Below are positions 23,648 through 34,987 of a DNA stretch of 64,000 bases, one piece after another. This DNA comes from Marsupella aquatica (Eukaryota > Plantae > Marchantiophyta). The notes under the pieces were generated by a model. That model was not told the origin of the DNA and did no database searches. It saw only the letters and a program-made list of their open reading frames with translations. Location: the NCBI GenBank assembly GCA_973895155.1, contig OZ316896.1, positions 21,637,150-21,701,149 of the forward strand, given 5' to 3'. The stretch's first letter is position 1; the number at the start of each line of letters is the position of its first letter. The position numbers were made by a program, and so were the translations under genes.

Positions 23648-26600
23648 CTAGCTTCGACTATCAACGACTACAATCTCCATTGCATTTTGAATGATTCGTC
23701 TTGTTTGTATAGGGAGAGTACTATTTGCCAATAACGCAAAGTTATACGCATAAACGATAGTTTCTGCTAGGGACAATTCATCCTCCAGTACTTTGCTAGA
23801 CGAAGCCTCTTTCTCTGGATAATATCTGCCTTCAATTGCAGACTCTTCCACCGAATCCATTGCATACCAAATGATTTTAATCCGCTCCGGGATGTCGTTA
23901 ATTCTTGTGAGAATCTTAGTCACTTTTGCCATCCAGAATGGTCTTCCCTTGGGATCCTGATGGGCTGCTACACATATCATTGCAAATTTAGTATTCACCT
24001 CTAGATCCTTGAAGTCTCCAATTTCCGTGACTTTTCTTCGACTTCCGGAATACATGACTGTCCTCACACCCACTACTTTATCAACCAAGCTAGGTTCCAT
24101 TGCTGCTTCCGTAGGATTACTCGGAAGTTCTCTCTGTACGTTTACCTTGGGCCAACTCCAATCAAAACTCCATTGTGCAGGTTTCAGGTGGTGTTGAATC
24201 ACTTCTTTTTGTTTGTCAAAAAAACGACCCCACCATAGACGATCTGCGTTGTCAAAGTAATTGAATCCATCTTCAATTGCTCTTCGATATTTTTGAAGAG
24301 TTGACAAATAACTTTGAGCCGCCCGCTCATCTTGTTTCTCAGCATCATTCTCTTGCTCTTCATTGTCTCCTGTCGCTCCCGTGGCCGACTTCAATGCCAT
24401 TTGTGGTGCGACCCACATTCCAGATGATGGAATGTACCGAACAAAATCCACTGTCTCCCCCCAATCAGTTGTCGTTGAAAGATGTTTGGCATGGAATACG
24501 GACCGAGCACTTCCATCTTCGAGTACTCTAGTAATCCAAAATTGTTTTTGAGCACTTATGCCGTGGAGAGTACGTAGAACCTGACCATCCATATCTTTGT
24601 CATTTGTTTGATCCTTGTCTGACACAAATTTCTTGAAATTGGCAACCTCGTCGACGAAAAATATCTTTGCCGTAGGATTGTAGGATTCCTCTATGATTTC
24701 TGAAAGAATGTTCAACCGGAAAGCTTTTCGCTTGTTCAATTTTGAAGAAAACTTGCTAAAAATTTGATCAATTTGATCATGGGTGTGCCCCACCAATAGA
24801 AACCAACCTTTATTTTCTGGAAAACACCTATCTCCACCAACATATTTAAATATGCCATAAGATATTTATTCTTGTTTTCCCGAGCTGTGTTATCAAGCTG
24901 GAGGTAAAGCACTGGAGGAAGCAGACCTTCCCAGGTATTCAGAATATGCTGGATAACGTGGATGGTCAGGTTGCTATCATTGTGAATATTTGGATAGTTC
25001 AAAAAAACATTTGAACTTAATTGTTTGTTGAAGATCAAACAACCCACTACGTGTACGGGGATGAAATACTTTTCATCCATATTCTTCGGACACCGAATGA
25101 AATGAGGTAACTCTGTCTTCTTTTGATCCATTCCATCAATACAGATGCCCAAATATTTCTCCGGACTCTTGTAACATTTGCTCCGGTGCTTTGCTAACTT
25201 CTTCCTCTCGACTGCTTGTGCCTTCCGATGCTCGTTTAGCAATGTTGAGAATTTTCCTACAATAATAAAAATGTTTAGGACAAAACATGATAACCGCAAT
25301 GTTGAACCCTGACAGCGATAAATTTATCAGGTTCAGTATTCAAACACGAGACCGTAATGATAAACCCTGACAACGATAAATTTATCGGGTTCAGTATTCA
25401 AACACAAGACCGTAATGAAATACTGTGACAACGATAAATTTATCAGGTTCAGTATTCAAACTGTTCAAACGATATATTCACTCACATGGCCAAAGAAGAA
25501 GCACATGAATACTCAACCCGATAAAATTATCGGGAGTAACACACAGGTTTAGAAACTTACTCTTTTCTACTTCGAGTGTTGCCTTGTCACGGAGTGCTTT
25601 GAATTCAGTACACAGGGCGCAGGTGGAGAAACGGCTCCTTTTAGGGATGCGCACGCGAGGAAACTTCTTGTTCCAAATGCGAAGAAACCACGAATATGTC
25701 ATGCCTTGTTCTTGGCGCATTAGAGTTTCGGACTGGAAGGCATCAAAAACTTCAGTTTTTGTCCAATTGTCAGGTAAATGAAAGATATCCTTGTTGGGGA
25801 GACTCTCGACATTTGTGGAAAAAAAATCATCCAGCCATTGGACGAGACCAAGATGTGCGGGTGATTTTTCTCGACAAACTGTACCGATCTGTATCCAAAA
25901 AAACATGTTCTGCGAGATTTTTTGGAGACGATTATTTCCTAGTGAAAATAATTTCTTAAAACCACTCCAACAAAAGGATCTACCGCTAATTGAGTAACCA
26001 CTTGCACCAGCATGCCCACCCTTCACACATCCTCTTAGAAGGACGTTCTTCTCTGGGTAGGATAGCCCATAGTAATAAGTGCGTTGTTTCGTCACGGCTA
26101 GCAGACCCAAATTCCTCAGACAGTAATTATCACAACACGAATACTTATGAATTTCTCTCATTTTGTTTCTATTCAATTTATCATTTATCACATTGTCTTT
26201 CCTAGTAATTCGGTCCCTATCTTTTTTACTAGGCTCATTTGACTTCTCTACAACCTGAAATCCGTTCATAATATTTTCGGGTCCTTCAGGTGCCTCGCGA
26301 ATAGATGCATCACTCTCTGCTGAGCTACCATCCTCTATAGATCTCCTTGACGCATTTAGAGGGGCACTGAATAGACAACTATAACTATTCTCTTCGATAG
26401 CTCCTTCTAAACATTCAGACACAACTTGTGCTATTATATCAGATTCTCTATCTCCTTCCTCATCTTCATCCTGCAATGCACTTGACTCATCTGAAAACAC
26501 AATTGGACTCCATGGCTCTCTATACATAACCCGAACGCCACTAAGACCTCTCCTCGATACTTGGAGCCTGGAACCAATGACAGTCCGCCCTTGAGAACTT

Positions 26601-27133
26601 GGAGATTCTGGATTCGCACGTGCAGTCCCAACGACTCCGCGAGCTGCTGGAAAAATGAGCACTTGTTCACCACGATTCCCACGGACCATTCGAGAAAGGG
26701 CCGAGTCTGGACTTTGCAGTCCGATTCCCTCGCTTGCTCGCACATCCAGTCCAGGCAATGCAAAGACCGATCGTCGTATCGGTCTTTGTATTTCTGTGTC
26801 CCGATCCTCACCCGGAGACTGAAAGATCCGTCGTTGAACTTGTGTTGAATGTGGCGACTTGAATGCTGACTGCGATACGCGTATCGGTCGCCGGATACCC
26901 TCTCCATAACCCGGGATGGATGGCTTGAAGTGACGTCTTGGACCTAAACCTGGGATTGAAAGTTTCTCATTTCTTGGCGATGGAACGCTCAAGAGACGAC
27001 GCTTCTCAGGTTTACTAGGCGACACATAGTAAGCACTGGGCTTAGGACCAGAACTTGCATCAAAATCTGAGTCAGAGATTTTGGGCACTATTTGCTGTGA
27101 GAGAGGTAGAGCTTTAAGTATGCGACTTGGCAA
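23648..27133 (-). pseudogene. Sola-like DDD transposase; exons ~27133-25561 and 25256-23648, one frameshift near 24797
   Basis: CCDNYCL and FSTCALC motifs. Catalytic-type motifs IDGMDQ, LYLQLDNTARENKN, (FL)LVGHTHDQIDQIFS. Phase-1 intron 25257-25560. The start codon is uncertain. Confidence 0.82.
25305..25461. repeat. 58-bp tandem repeat (~3 copies) in the transposase intron, one palindrome per unit
   Basis: gaca(g/a)cgataaatttatc(a/g)ggttcagtattcaaac at ~25311, 25369 and 25427. Confidence 0.9.
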
Positions 27134-27487
27134 ACAGCGAGCGACAAGATTAGGAGAGGATTCAACTGAACTGGAAGGTTAATCTGTGTCTGATTGAGAC
27201 ATGGCTATCCGAGACACTATGGGGCTTTGCATTCCTCCTGCAATCAGGGAAAACGAAAGGCTCAACGGATAGAATGTTGCTCCAAGAATACAACTCCCAA
27301 AACTCTACTCTCGATAATGACGCCAAAAACTTATCGGCGGTGGCCCTTTTATAGTGTCTGTTGAGGGGTTGGCCCACGTGTCCACTTTTGATTGGCTGTC
27401 ACCCTAAACGACAAAATAGCAGAAAAGGGTATATTTCTTGGATTTCTAATTTCATTCTCACACGTGCATCGTGGCAAAATTATATAG

Positions 27488-27692
27488 TTTTGAAATTGAA
27501 GCGATAAATTTATCTGATGTTGGTATTGCAAAAGTGGTTCCTTCATATGGAAGTTGCAATTTGAAATTGAAGCGATAAATTTATCTGATGTTGGTATTGC
27601 AAAAGTGGTTCCTTCATATGGAAGTTGCAATTTTGAAATTGAAGCGATAAATTTATCTGATGTTGGTATTGCGAAGAGTTTTCTTCATATGG
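27488..27692. repeat. ~71-bp tandem repeat (3 copies) upstream of the transposase, one palindrome per unit
   Basis: tttgaaattgaagcgataaatttatctgatgttggtattgc repeated three times. Confidence 0.9.
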
Positions 27693-28326
27693 ATAGGAAT
27701 TTTGAAATTTAACCGATGAACCGAAGGATCTTAGTATTGTCGACTAGTATTTTTGTCGCCCGTAGTTTTTGCGATAATTTTATCGGACTGCGCATTGCTG
27801 TTGAAAGAATGGCATGTTGACTATGGTCACTTGCGGAGGTAACTGGTCAATTGCGGACGTAACTGCAAGGTAAGTTTGATGAACCGTGCAGTAATTCTTA
27901 TCGACTGTGATGTAAAATATTTCTGGTAAATACCCAAAAACTGAGAAAACTGAGATTGGGTCGGAGCTTTCGTGGCTCAAATCCGGAGTCCAATACAGTT
28001 ATTGCACTTGGCTTGAAACGTGGATATGGATTTATAGATAAGACCTTTCATATATCTTCGGAGAGCGTGAATATGAGGTTGAGGAGAAAGTTTTTTGGAT
28101 CTAATTGTTCCTTGATAATATGAATGTTTGTTAGCATGAATTTCATTGGTTTTGATCATTATTAAATTTGCTGTTTCAATCCGAACTCTGATACGAATTA
28201 CATTATTTCCCCAAAAACGTGTTTTTGATGAAAAAAACTGCCGATTTCGCGAGATTCGGTGGAAAATGAAAATACACTTCTCGTTTAGAGGAAATAGTTC
28301 TTGTTCAGTCCAAAATTGTGTTAGTA

Positions 28327-28846
28327 GTTTGTGAACTGCCAGGTCAAGTCAAACGGGTGGAACACCTTTGTTGGTTCGAGCCGAACGGCGAGGTTGCTCA
28401 TGAGTTGCCCCTTCCAGCTCCACATATATTTCAGCATCAGAGAGATTCCCAAGAGGTGGTGAAATGACGGGTGTTGGTATGTCCACAGTAGCATGTGTTG
28501 ATGAAATGCTATCCATAGGAGCATGTTGTAAAGCCTGATTTGAGTTAGGATTCTGCAAATCAACCGGCTGCACTGGATCGGCATCTGATGTTCTAGGTAA
28601 TGCCAATGACGACGGGAGAAACAATTCAACACACTCATTGTTGGTAATCAAAGTAGTGTGAAGTGTATCAATGTAGTTGATAGGAGTTTGGCATGGAGAC
28701 TCATCAAATTGAACGTAAGTAGACCGTACAATCTCATTAGAAGAAGGAAACCACACACGGTAATTTAATCCATCGGCATATCCAACCAGATACCCTTTAC
28801 GAGCACGCGCAACAAATTTTTCCCCACGAGGACGTTTCTCAGGCGG
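28327..28846 (-). pseudogene. Copia A integrase C-terminal / linker fragment
   Basis: PPEKRPRGEKFVARARKGYLVGYADGLNYRVWFP..VQFDE..PRRSARTNKGVPP, homologous to the same region of Copia B. Confidence 0.88.
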
Positions 28847-29974
28847 TGTCTGGGGGGAAAATGTGGTTCTTGAGGAAGCACCGGGCCTATGGCTGCTAGT
28901 GTCAAGAGAGAACTTAAGTTAAGATCATGACTACTATTCTAGACTGGGTAGCAGACACCACAATAAATGGTTCCGTGGATGAAAGCACAACATCATAACC
29001 CCTTTCTCCATACCTACGGACTATTGCCTCCTTGGCGACTACCTTGGGTCGAGTTACAAAACGAATATCTCCCAACGAGAAAGAAACGGGAGGTTCATCG
29101 GAGGGAGGTTTGTTGAGATCCATCTCAATACAAGATAAAAATTGTGCAAGCCCAATCTTGTCCGTAAACTACATAAGGGTATACAATCGGCTCTATTGAA
29201 TTTAACACCGCAGTTGCAAATGCTTCTCCAAAGTGAAAAGTCATATGCTGACGCATGATCTCTTTTTGGAGTACATAAATTCTAATAAGGAAAGGATTGG
29301 GGAGAGGAAGAATAGGTACTGGTCTGGGCATTATTGTACTATCAAATATTCCATCCAACTAATATTCATTCTAATGACAAGATATAGAATCATTCAACGA
29401 AAAGATCATTCATTTCAAACGAATACTGTGCATTGAATTAACTCTAAGTATATACATACAGATGTTCATCTTAATAAGTTTATCTTCTTTTGAATAAAAA
29501 CACTATCTGAAGGTCCAACGCGCACAAATTACCATCGACTGAGCTAAGCTCCAAGCCAGCGTGCATGCGTAGGTCTACTTCATAAGGGTTTCATCCAAAA
29601 GGAGCATAGGATATTTGTTGAACACTTTGTATCTCTTTAGGACTTAATAACCATCTCCTATCAAATGATAACACTTGAAGGTCCAACTCATACAAAATAT
29701 CTCTGGCCAAGCCGAAGCTCTAAGCAAGCGTGTATGAGTGGGTCTACTTCATAAGGGTTATATTCATAGAGGAGGTCATCAAGTCCAATGGATTCTTAAG
29801 GCTTCACAACTTGGTTGATGAAAAATGGGGAGTGAGAGGAGAGAGCCCCTCTCCTCTTTATTTATAGTGCTCACACCTCAAGCACACGGATCAAGCATGG
29901 CACACGGATGGAAGCCATGTGTCACAAATCCAAGGCAAGTAAGTGTGCTAATACTGTAATTACGTGAGTGGAAC

Positions 29975-30350
29975 AACTGTAGATAGTACACTATAGCATG
30001 CACACTGTAGATCGTACATTGTAGCATGCATACTGTAGATCGTACACTGTAACATGCACACTGTAGACCGTACACTGTAGATCGTACACTATAGCATGCA
30101 CACTGTAGATCGTACACTGTAGCATGCATACTGTAGATCGTACACTGTAACATGCACACTGTAGACCGTACACTATAGCATGCACACTGTATATCGTACA
30201 CTGTATATCGTACACTGTAGCATGCACACTGTAGGTTTTGCACTGTAGCATGCACACTGTAGATCGAATCAATATAGCATGCATACTATAGACCGTGTAT
30301 AGCATGCACACTGTAGGTTGTGCACTGTAGCATGCACACTATAGACTGCA
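29975..30350. repeat. 14-bp-based tandem repeat inside the Gypsy LTR
   Basis: Alternating acactgtagatcgt / acactgtagcatgc units. Confidence 0.9.
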
Positions 30351-30503
30351 TATGCGAGAATTTAAACTACTATCCTATACTACTAAGCTATACTTAGGAG
30401 GGACTTACTAAACAAAGAATCTCCACGACATATCACCCCTACTAAACCTGTGCAGCCTCCGGTCTGCACCACACTTAATCGTCACCCCTACTAATCTCTT
30501 ACT

Positions 30504-32337
30504 TTACTCAATGAATATTTCTTCCTCTTGCTTTTCAGGTTCTTCATCTTCTTCTTCTTCTTCTTCCTCTTCTTCCTCTTCTTCCTCTTCTCGGTCTGAA
30601 TCGATGGGATCTTCCTCTAAAAAACGTGTTCGCCTTTTGAATATTTTCACTCTTTTTCCTGCATAAGGCACACGATGAATTGCTCCATCCAATTCACGGA
30701 GAGTGTAAGTGGAATTTGGGTGAGTAGTAACTACTACAAATGGGCCCCTCCAACGTTGTGCAAATTTCTTGATCGAGGAGTGATCTTGTCCGAGACCGCC
30801 TTCAGACACTAAGACCCAATCCTCTTCTTGGATTGTCTTGGGTCTCAATCGATGGGTCTTGTCAAAGCGGAATTTGTTAGCCATTCTCTTTTGCTTCAAT
30901 TGTTTAATGGCGCCTTGGATCTTTGTAGGAGTGTGATCAAACTGCTCTATGCGACGAAGAATCAAATCCTCTTGAGATACACCATCCTCCCACTCTATTG
31001 CCCTCCAACTATTAATGTCTTCTTCTATTGGCATGAGTGGAAGTTGACCATTGATCAACTCTGAAGGTGCATATCCTGTTACCGATGTGCAAGTTGTTCT
31101 GTGTGCCATGAGTGCTAGGGGAAGGAAATTTGGCCAAAGTGAGATTCTTCCCTTGCATGCCTTAATCAAGGCATTCACTATTGGTTGGTGTCCCCTCTCA
31201 CTCTTGCCATTACCTTCAGGATTGTAAGCAGTTGTCAATTTGAGATTCACCCTAAACTTCCTGAAAAATGCAACTGCTTCCTCTGCATTGAGCTCCCCTC
31301 TGTCTGCCCTCATGCGATCAAAGCATCCATACCTTGCAATGATGTCCTCCAATACAAATCTACATATCGCCTTGGTCTTATTTGTTGTCAAGGCTCTACC
31401 TTCAATGTAAGAGGAGAGGTCCTCAATAGCCAAGACAAGGTACTTGGCTCCTCTTACTCCTCTCGGCATATGTACCACATCTACAGCCCATTGGTAGTGT
31501 AGGGAAAGAGGGTACGTGGGTTTTAGTCCATCTCTATGTTTCACCTTCGAGTAGAGTTGACACACTTTGCAAGTTTCCACATACTTGCTTACATCTACAT
31601 ACATTCCTTGCCACCAATATAGTCTTCGAATCCTTTCATAAATAGCTTCTCGCCCCTTATGTCCTGCCACGTCGGAATCATGTAAGTCATGTAAAATTTT
31701 GTGTTTCTCTTCATCTCTACCAATGACCCTTAGAAGTATGTGCCCCTTCTTCTTTGGATGCTTCCAAAGGGATCCACCTCTTACCATGAATTGGTAAGAC
31801 TTCTTCGGAATTTTGTTGAAGTCTTGCTTACTCCATGTTGAATCTTTTTGCAACGTGGCAAGGTAACGTCCTATCTGTAACAATTCCCCAGAATAAGCTT
31901 CCTCTTCAAACCTCAATTCCCCTTCATCTTCTCCATATGTACTATGAAGGCACATTCCTTGGTCCTCCTCGTCCCTATAGCGAGCTCGGGAAAGCATATC
32001 AGCTACTGGATTATCTCTCCCAGCAATGTGCTTTAACTCAGGATTAAATATTCTGATGAATGATCCATCAAAGCATTGCAATATCTGGAGTATCACAATT
32101 GGCTATCATTCCCAACAAGGGTAGGCAATCTGTCTCCAGTATTATATTTGCTCCTATCAAATAGTCTCTTTCTTGGCGAAGTGCTACCTTCGCACCCCAC
32201 AACTCTCGTTTTACTTGAGGATAATGCCTCTGTCTTTCTGTAAATATTTTTGCCCCAAACCGTGCGACAAACCTTTGTCCTTCCTCATCTTGCCCAACTG
32301 CCCATCCAGATGCATGAGGACTTGAGTCAATGGTCAC
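30504..32337 (-). pseudogene. Gypsy RNase H + integrase (frameshifted)
   Basis: HIAGRDNPVADMLSR, H-X6-H..CKVC, VDVVHMP, RADRGE, YNPEGNGKSERGH, RWRGPF. Confidence 0.9.
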
Positions 32338-32370
32338 AATTATTGGGTCAATACCATTGTACTTCAGAGG

Positions 32371-33843
32371 TCATAACACCGGTGAGCTAGTCAAAGCTTC
32401 TTTCAATTGTTGCATAGCCTTTGTATGGCCTGCACTCCATACAAACCTCACATTCTTCCTTAGAAGATCATAGAGAGGTTCTGCAATGTGAGCAAAATGT
32501 GGTATCCATATTCTGTAGAAGATGCAGGCCCCAAGAAATCTCCTTACCTCCGAGGTAGTTCTGCAGTTCTCCATATCCTTGATGGCATCCACTTTTGCTT
32601 CACATGGTCTTCTTCCATAAGGGCCACAAACTTGCCCTACAACCATGATCTCTTGTAACCCGAAAGCTGACTTCTCTCCAGATAGAGTTACTCCTACTTT
32701 CTTGAGTCTTTGTAGAATAGCTCCCACATCTTGTAAGTGCTCCCACACAAACTGTCTTAGCCCATCTCCTCTAAGTGTTTGATCCCTCTCCTTGTACAAA
32801 CACCCTTTTATGGGGATGTCATCAAGAAAAGGTCTAGTCTTCTCTGGAACAAACGGTTGCAAAATCCTATTCATGGCATTTTGCATATGGGCCACTGAGT
32901 TAGTTGCACCTTGAGGAAGGGTGCACATTCTTAACAACCCTAGTGGCGTTCTCATAGCAGTAATGTCTCTGCTATCTTGGGCAAGCTGAAACTGATCATA
33001 CCCTGAGTATAAGTCGCCAATGGAGTAGATTGCTCTCCCAGCAAACTCCTCAGCAAACTCATCCACCACAGGTCCTGTGCCCACATTCCTTATGGTGACC
33101 TTGTTTGGTGGCTGCATGTCTTGAATGAACCTTAGCTTCCCATTCTTCTTTCTCACCGTGAACCACCGATTTGAGTACGGAGCGTTTGATCTCTCAAGGA
33201 TTTTAGCATCTAACTTCTCCTTGAGTAACTCCACCAATTTAGGCATCAGTGCTCGTGGCACAGGAATTGGCTTAAGGTCCCAAGGAACATGTGGAACAGT
33301 GAAGATTACCATTGGTGTGATCTCCCTTGGATCAGCACATCCAATCTCTCCAATGGAAAAGGAAAAGGCCTTTTCATGTTTGATGATCATCTCCTTGAAG
33401 GCTCTTTTCTCTTCCTCTAGTAAACCCTTATCACCAATCTTTAATTTGAGCAACGTCTCCTCAGTGAATTTATGCCCAATCTTAGTACGATCTCTAAGAC
33501 TTGGCTCCTCCTTTGCTAGGAGCTTGTCCCAACAATCCTTTGCCGACGTAATGTCTGCAAGCGTTTGCTGAATGTGAGGTTTGCAAGTTGATAAGATAAT
33601 GTTGCGAGCCTGGGCAGCACGAGAGTGATAAAGTTCCAGGCGTTCAGCAAACTGGTAGTCCTTCTCAGCATCATCCTTGACTGGTTCGGTAGCAGTAGCA
33701 TCAATGAACTTCCACGCACCTGAAGCCTTGAGGGTTGACGTGCACAGAATTTTCCAGGTGGAGAAATTCTGGCTACCTTCAAGTTTTGGTATCAGGTGAC
33801 TATTGTAGCCAATGGAAGAACTACCCATCGAAGCATGAAACAA
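32371..33843 (-). CDS. Chimeric ORF: Copia A gag N-terminus fused in frame to Gypsy reverse transcriptase
   Basis: The first ~109 aa (IPKLEGSQNFSTWK..AKDCWDKL) match Copia B gag. The remainder (RDRTKIGHKFTEETL..PQGATNS..FLDD) is Gypsy RT. Junction ~33516-33520. Confidence 0.85.
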   Translation of the reverse strand: MFHASMGSSSIGYNSHLIPKLEGSQNFSTWKILCTSTLKASGAWKFIDATATEPVKDDAEKDYQFAERLELYHSRAAQARNIILSTCKPHIQQTLADITSAKDCWDKLLAKEEPSLRDRTKIGHKFTEETLLKLKIGDKGLLEEEKRAFKEMIIKHEKAFSFSIGEIGCADPREITPMVIFTVPHVPWDLKPIPVPRALMPKLVELLKEKLDAKILERSNAPYSNRWFTVRKKNGKLRFIQDMQPPNKVTIRNVGTGPVVDEFAEEFAGRAIYSIGDLYSGYDQFQLAQDSRDITAMRTPLGLLRMCTLPQGATNSVAHMQNAMNRILQPFVPEKTRPFLDDIPIKGCLYKERDQTLRGDGLRQFVWEHLQDVGAILQRLKKVGVTLSGEKSAFGLQEIMVVGQVCGPYGRRPCEAKVDAIKDMENCRTTSEVRRFLGACIFYRIWIPHFAHIAEPLYDLLRKNVRFVWSAGHTKAMQQLKEALTSSPVL

Positions 33844-34987
33844 AGGAGATGTTGGACTTGGAGATAGTAAAGAATTAGAGGTAGTACAATGAGAGCTAGG
33901 GAGCGAATGAACTATCGAAGTACTAGAACAAAGTGTAATGTAGTTAGATTTGAAAAATTAAAAATGGCCCATAACCTGTGAATCTAAAACACATAACGAC
34001 TTGTAGATGCACGTACACGAGAGAATATACAAGAGATGGAATATATGAACGCAGTGCTCAGATCTGCTTCGGATCTGCTTCTCACGGAATGTCTGATAAT
34101 AATCCAATCACTGCAAGGGCAGGGACATATAACATGAAGGAACAATCATCCGCGGGCCGCAGACAGGGGCGCAGCCCAAGTGGAATGGAGCGCGTCCAGG
34201 GAGCGGCCCTGCTGGCAACCAAGTGGAACAGAAAGAGAGAAACAACGACAGCTAACTACGTGTCGCTGAAAACGATAGCTAACTACGTGTCGCTGAAAAC
34301 TACAACTAATGCAAATGCTGACTAGTCTGTCTACGTATATCTATACGGTCATCAACAGGTCGATCGCTTCCAGTCGTATGTCAGAATTAAGGAAGACAAT
34401 TCAGATTGACAAATTGTTCCTCTTTCCGTAAGTGCATATCACGGCAATTAATGTCTCTTCGCATGTTTTCAAGAATGGACTGCCAAATTCGTGAATGGGG
34501 GAAGAAGCTTGGCCTACTTGCTCGAAGCTGTCTTTCGTCCTGGCTACGAAATGACTGTAATACATCTTGAAAAGGAAAAGGGGTTTAGAGAGTTAGCCAT
34601 TTGTTAAATTATTTATTTGGATTTGAATGTATTGAACTTGAGGAAGGTCATAGACCCACTTGGTAGAAACAAATTAACCATGACAATGGTGACATCGAGA
34701 AAGCATTTATGGAACTAAGCCATGTCCAGCTCAGGAAGAATACAACCAACTTTGGAGAAGGGATTCGGTGAAATTTTGGAAGAAACCTTGGCCAACTCAT
34801 GTACTCAGAAATAAGTAGTCTGGTCTACTTCTTCCATAGATTATACGGAATACAAGAGCAACATCTCTATGGCAAACAACTCCACAGATACAGCACAAAC
34901 AAAATTTCCTTTCTGGCCGGTCTTATATTCTGTACTTCTAATGTTGGAAATGAACCACACTCGAACGAAGATGGATACAGCCACAAA

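Larger units (their letters stand above)
17030..27785. repeat. Dispersed 14-bp palindrome CGATAAATTTATCG and close variants, about 24 copies
   Basis: Starts at 17030, 17123, 17199, 17255, 17348, 18548, 19645, 19715, 20777, 20845, 21984, 22059, 22134, 23361, 23420, 23487, 25316, 25374, 25432, 25519, 27502, 27573, 27645, 27772. Confidence 0.92.
16583..28322. mobile_element. 11.7-kb TIR DNA transposon (Sola-like DDD transposase) carrying cargo genes
   Basis: Imperfect TIRs AACACGATTTCGGACCGACCGAGAAGT / AACACAATTTTGGACTGAACAAGAACT (21/27 identical). 4-bp TSD AGTA (16579-16582 / 28323-28326). Removing the element restores the Copia A frame (..LAVHKLLTALPPTLLYSYAAAL..). Confidence 0.92.
28847..33516 (-). 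mobile_element. 5'-truncated Ty3/Gypsy retrotransposon (non-chromovirus, possibly Phygy-like) nested in Copia A
   Basis: Single ~1.58-kb LTR 28847-30430 (TGTC..GACA) preceded on the minus strand by PPT TTAGTAGGGGTGATA. RT (FLDDIPIKG), RNase H (DSS..RELWG..TDC) and integrase (HHCC, GNGKSER, GPF) in Gypsy order. Acidic tail, no chromodomain. Confidence 0.88.
9326..34411 (-). mobile_element. Ty1/Copia LTR retrotransposon A (outer element, host of three nested insertions)
   Basis: 435-bp TG..CA LTRs: 5' LTR 33977-34411; 3' LTR split as 9326-9478 + 14613-14894. TSD AATTG (9321-9325 / 34412-34416). PBS GGTTATGGGCCA (33965-33976, minus). PPT at 14895-14902. gag, IN-tail, RT and RNase H fragments present. 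Confidence 0.95.

Noticed and set aside
17030-27785. CRISPR-like array from the recurring palindrome
   Set aside because: Spacing is irregular, spacers within the tandem blocks are themselves repeated, there are no cas genes, and the context is eukaryotic.
16583-28322. CACTA/EnSpm classification
   Set aside because: The ends are AACAC, the TSD is 4 bp, and the transposase motifs (DGMDQ, LDNxxxENKN, GHTHxxID) are not Tnp2-like.
29878-30311. Cys/Tyr-rich ORFs
   Set aside because: These are translations of the tandem repeat in the Gypsy LTR.
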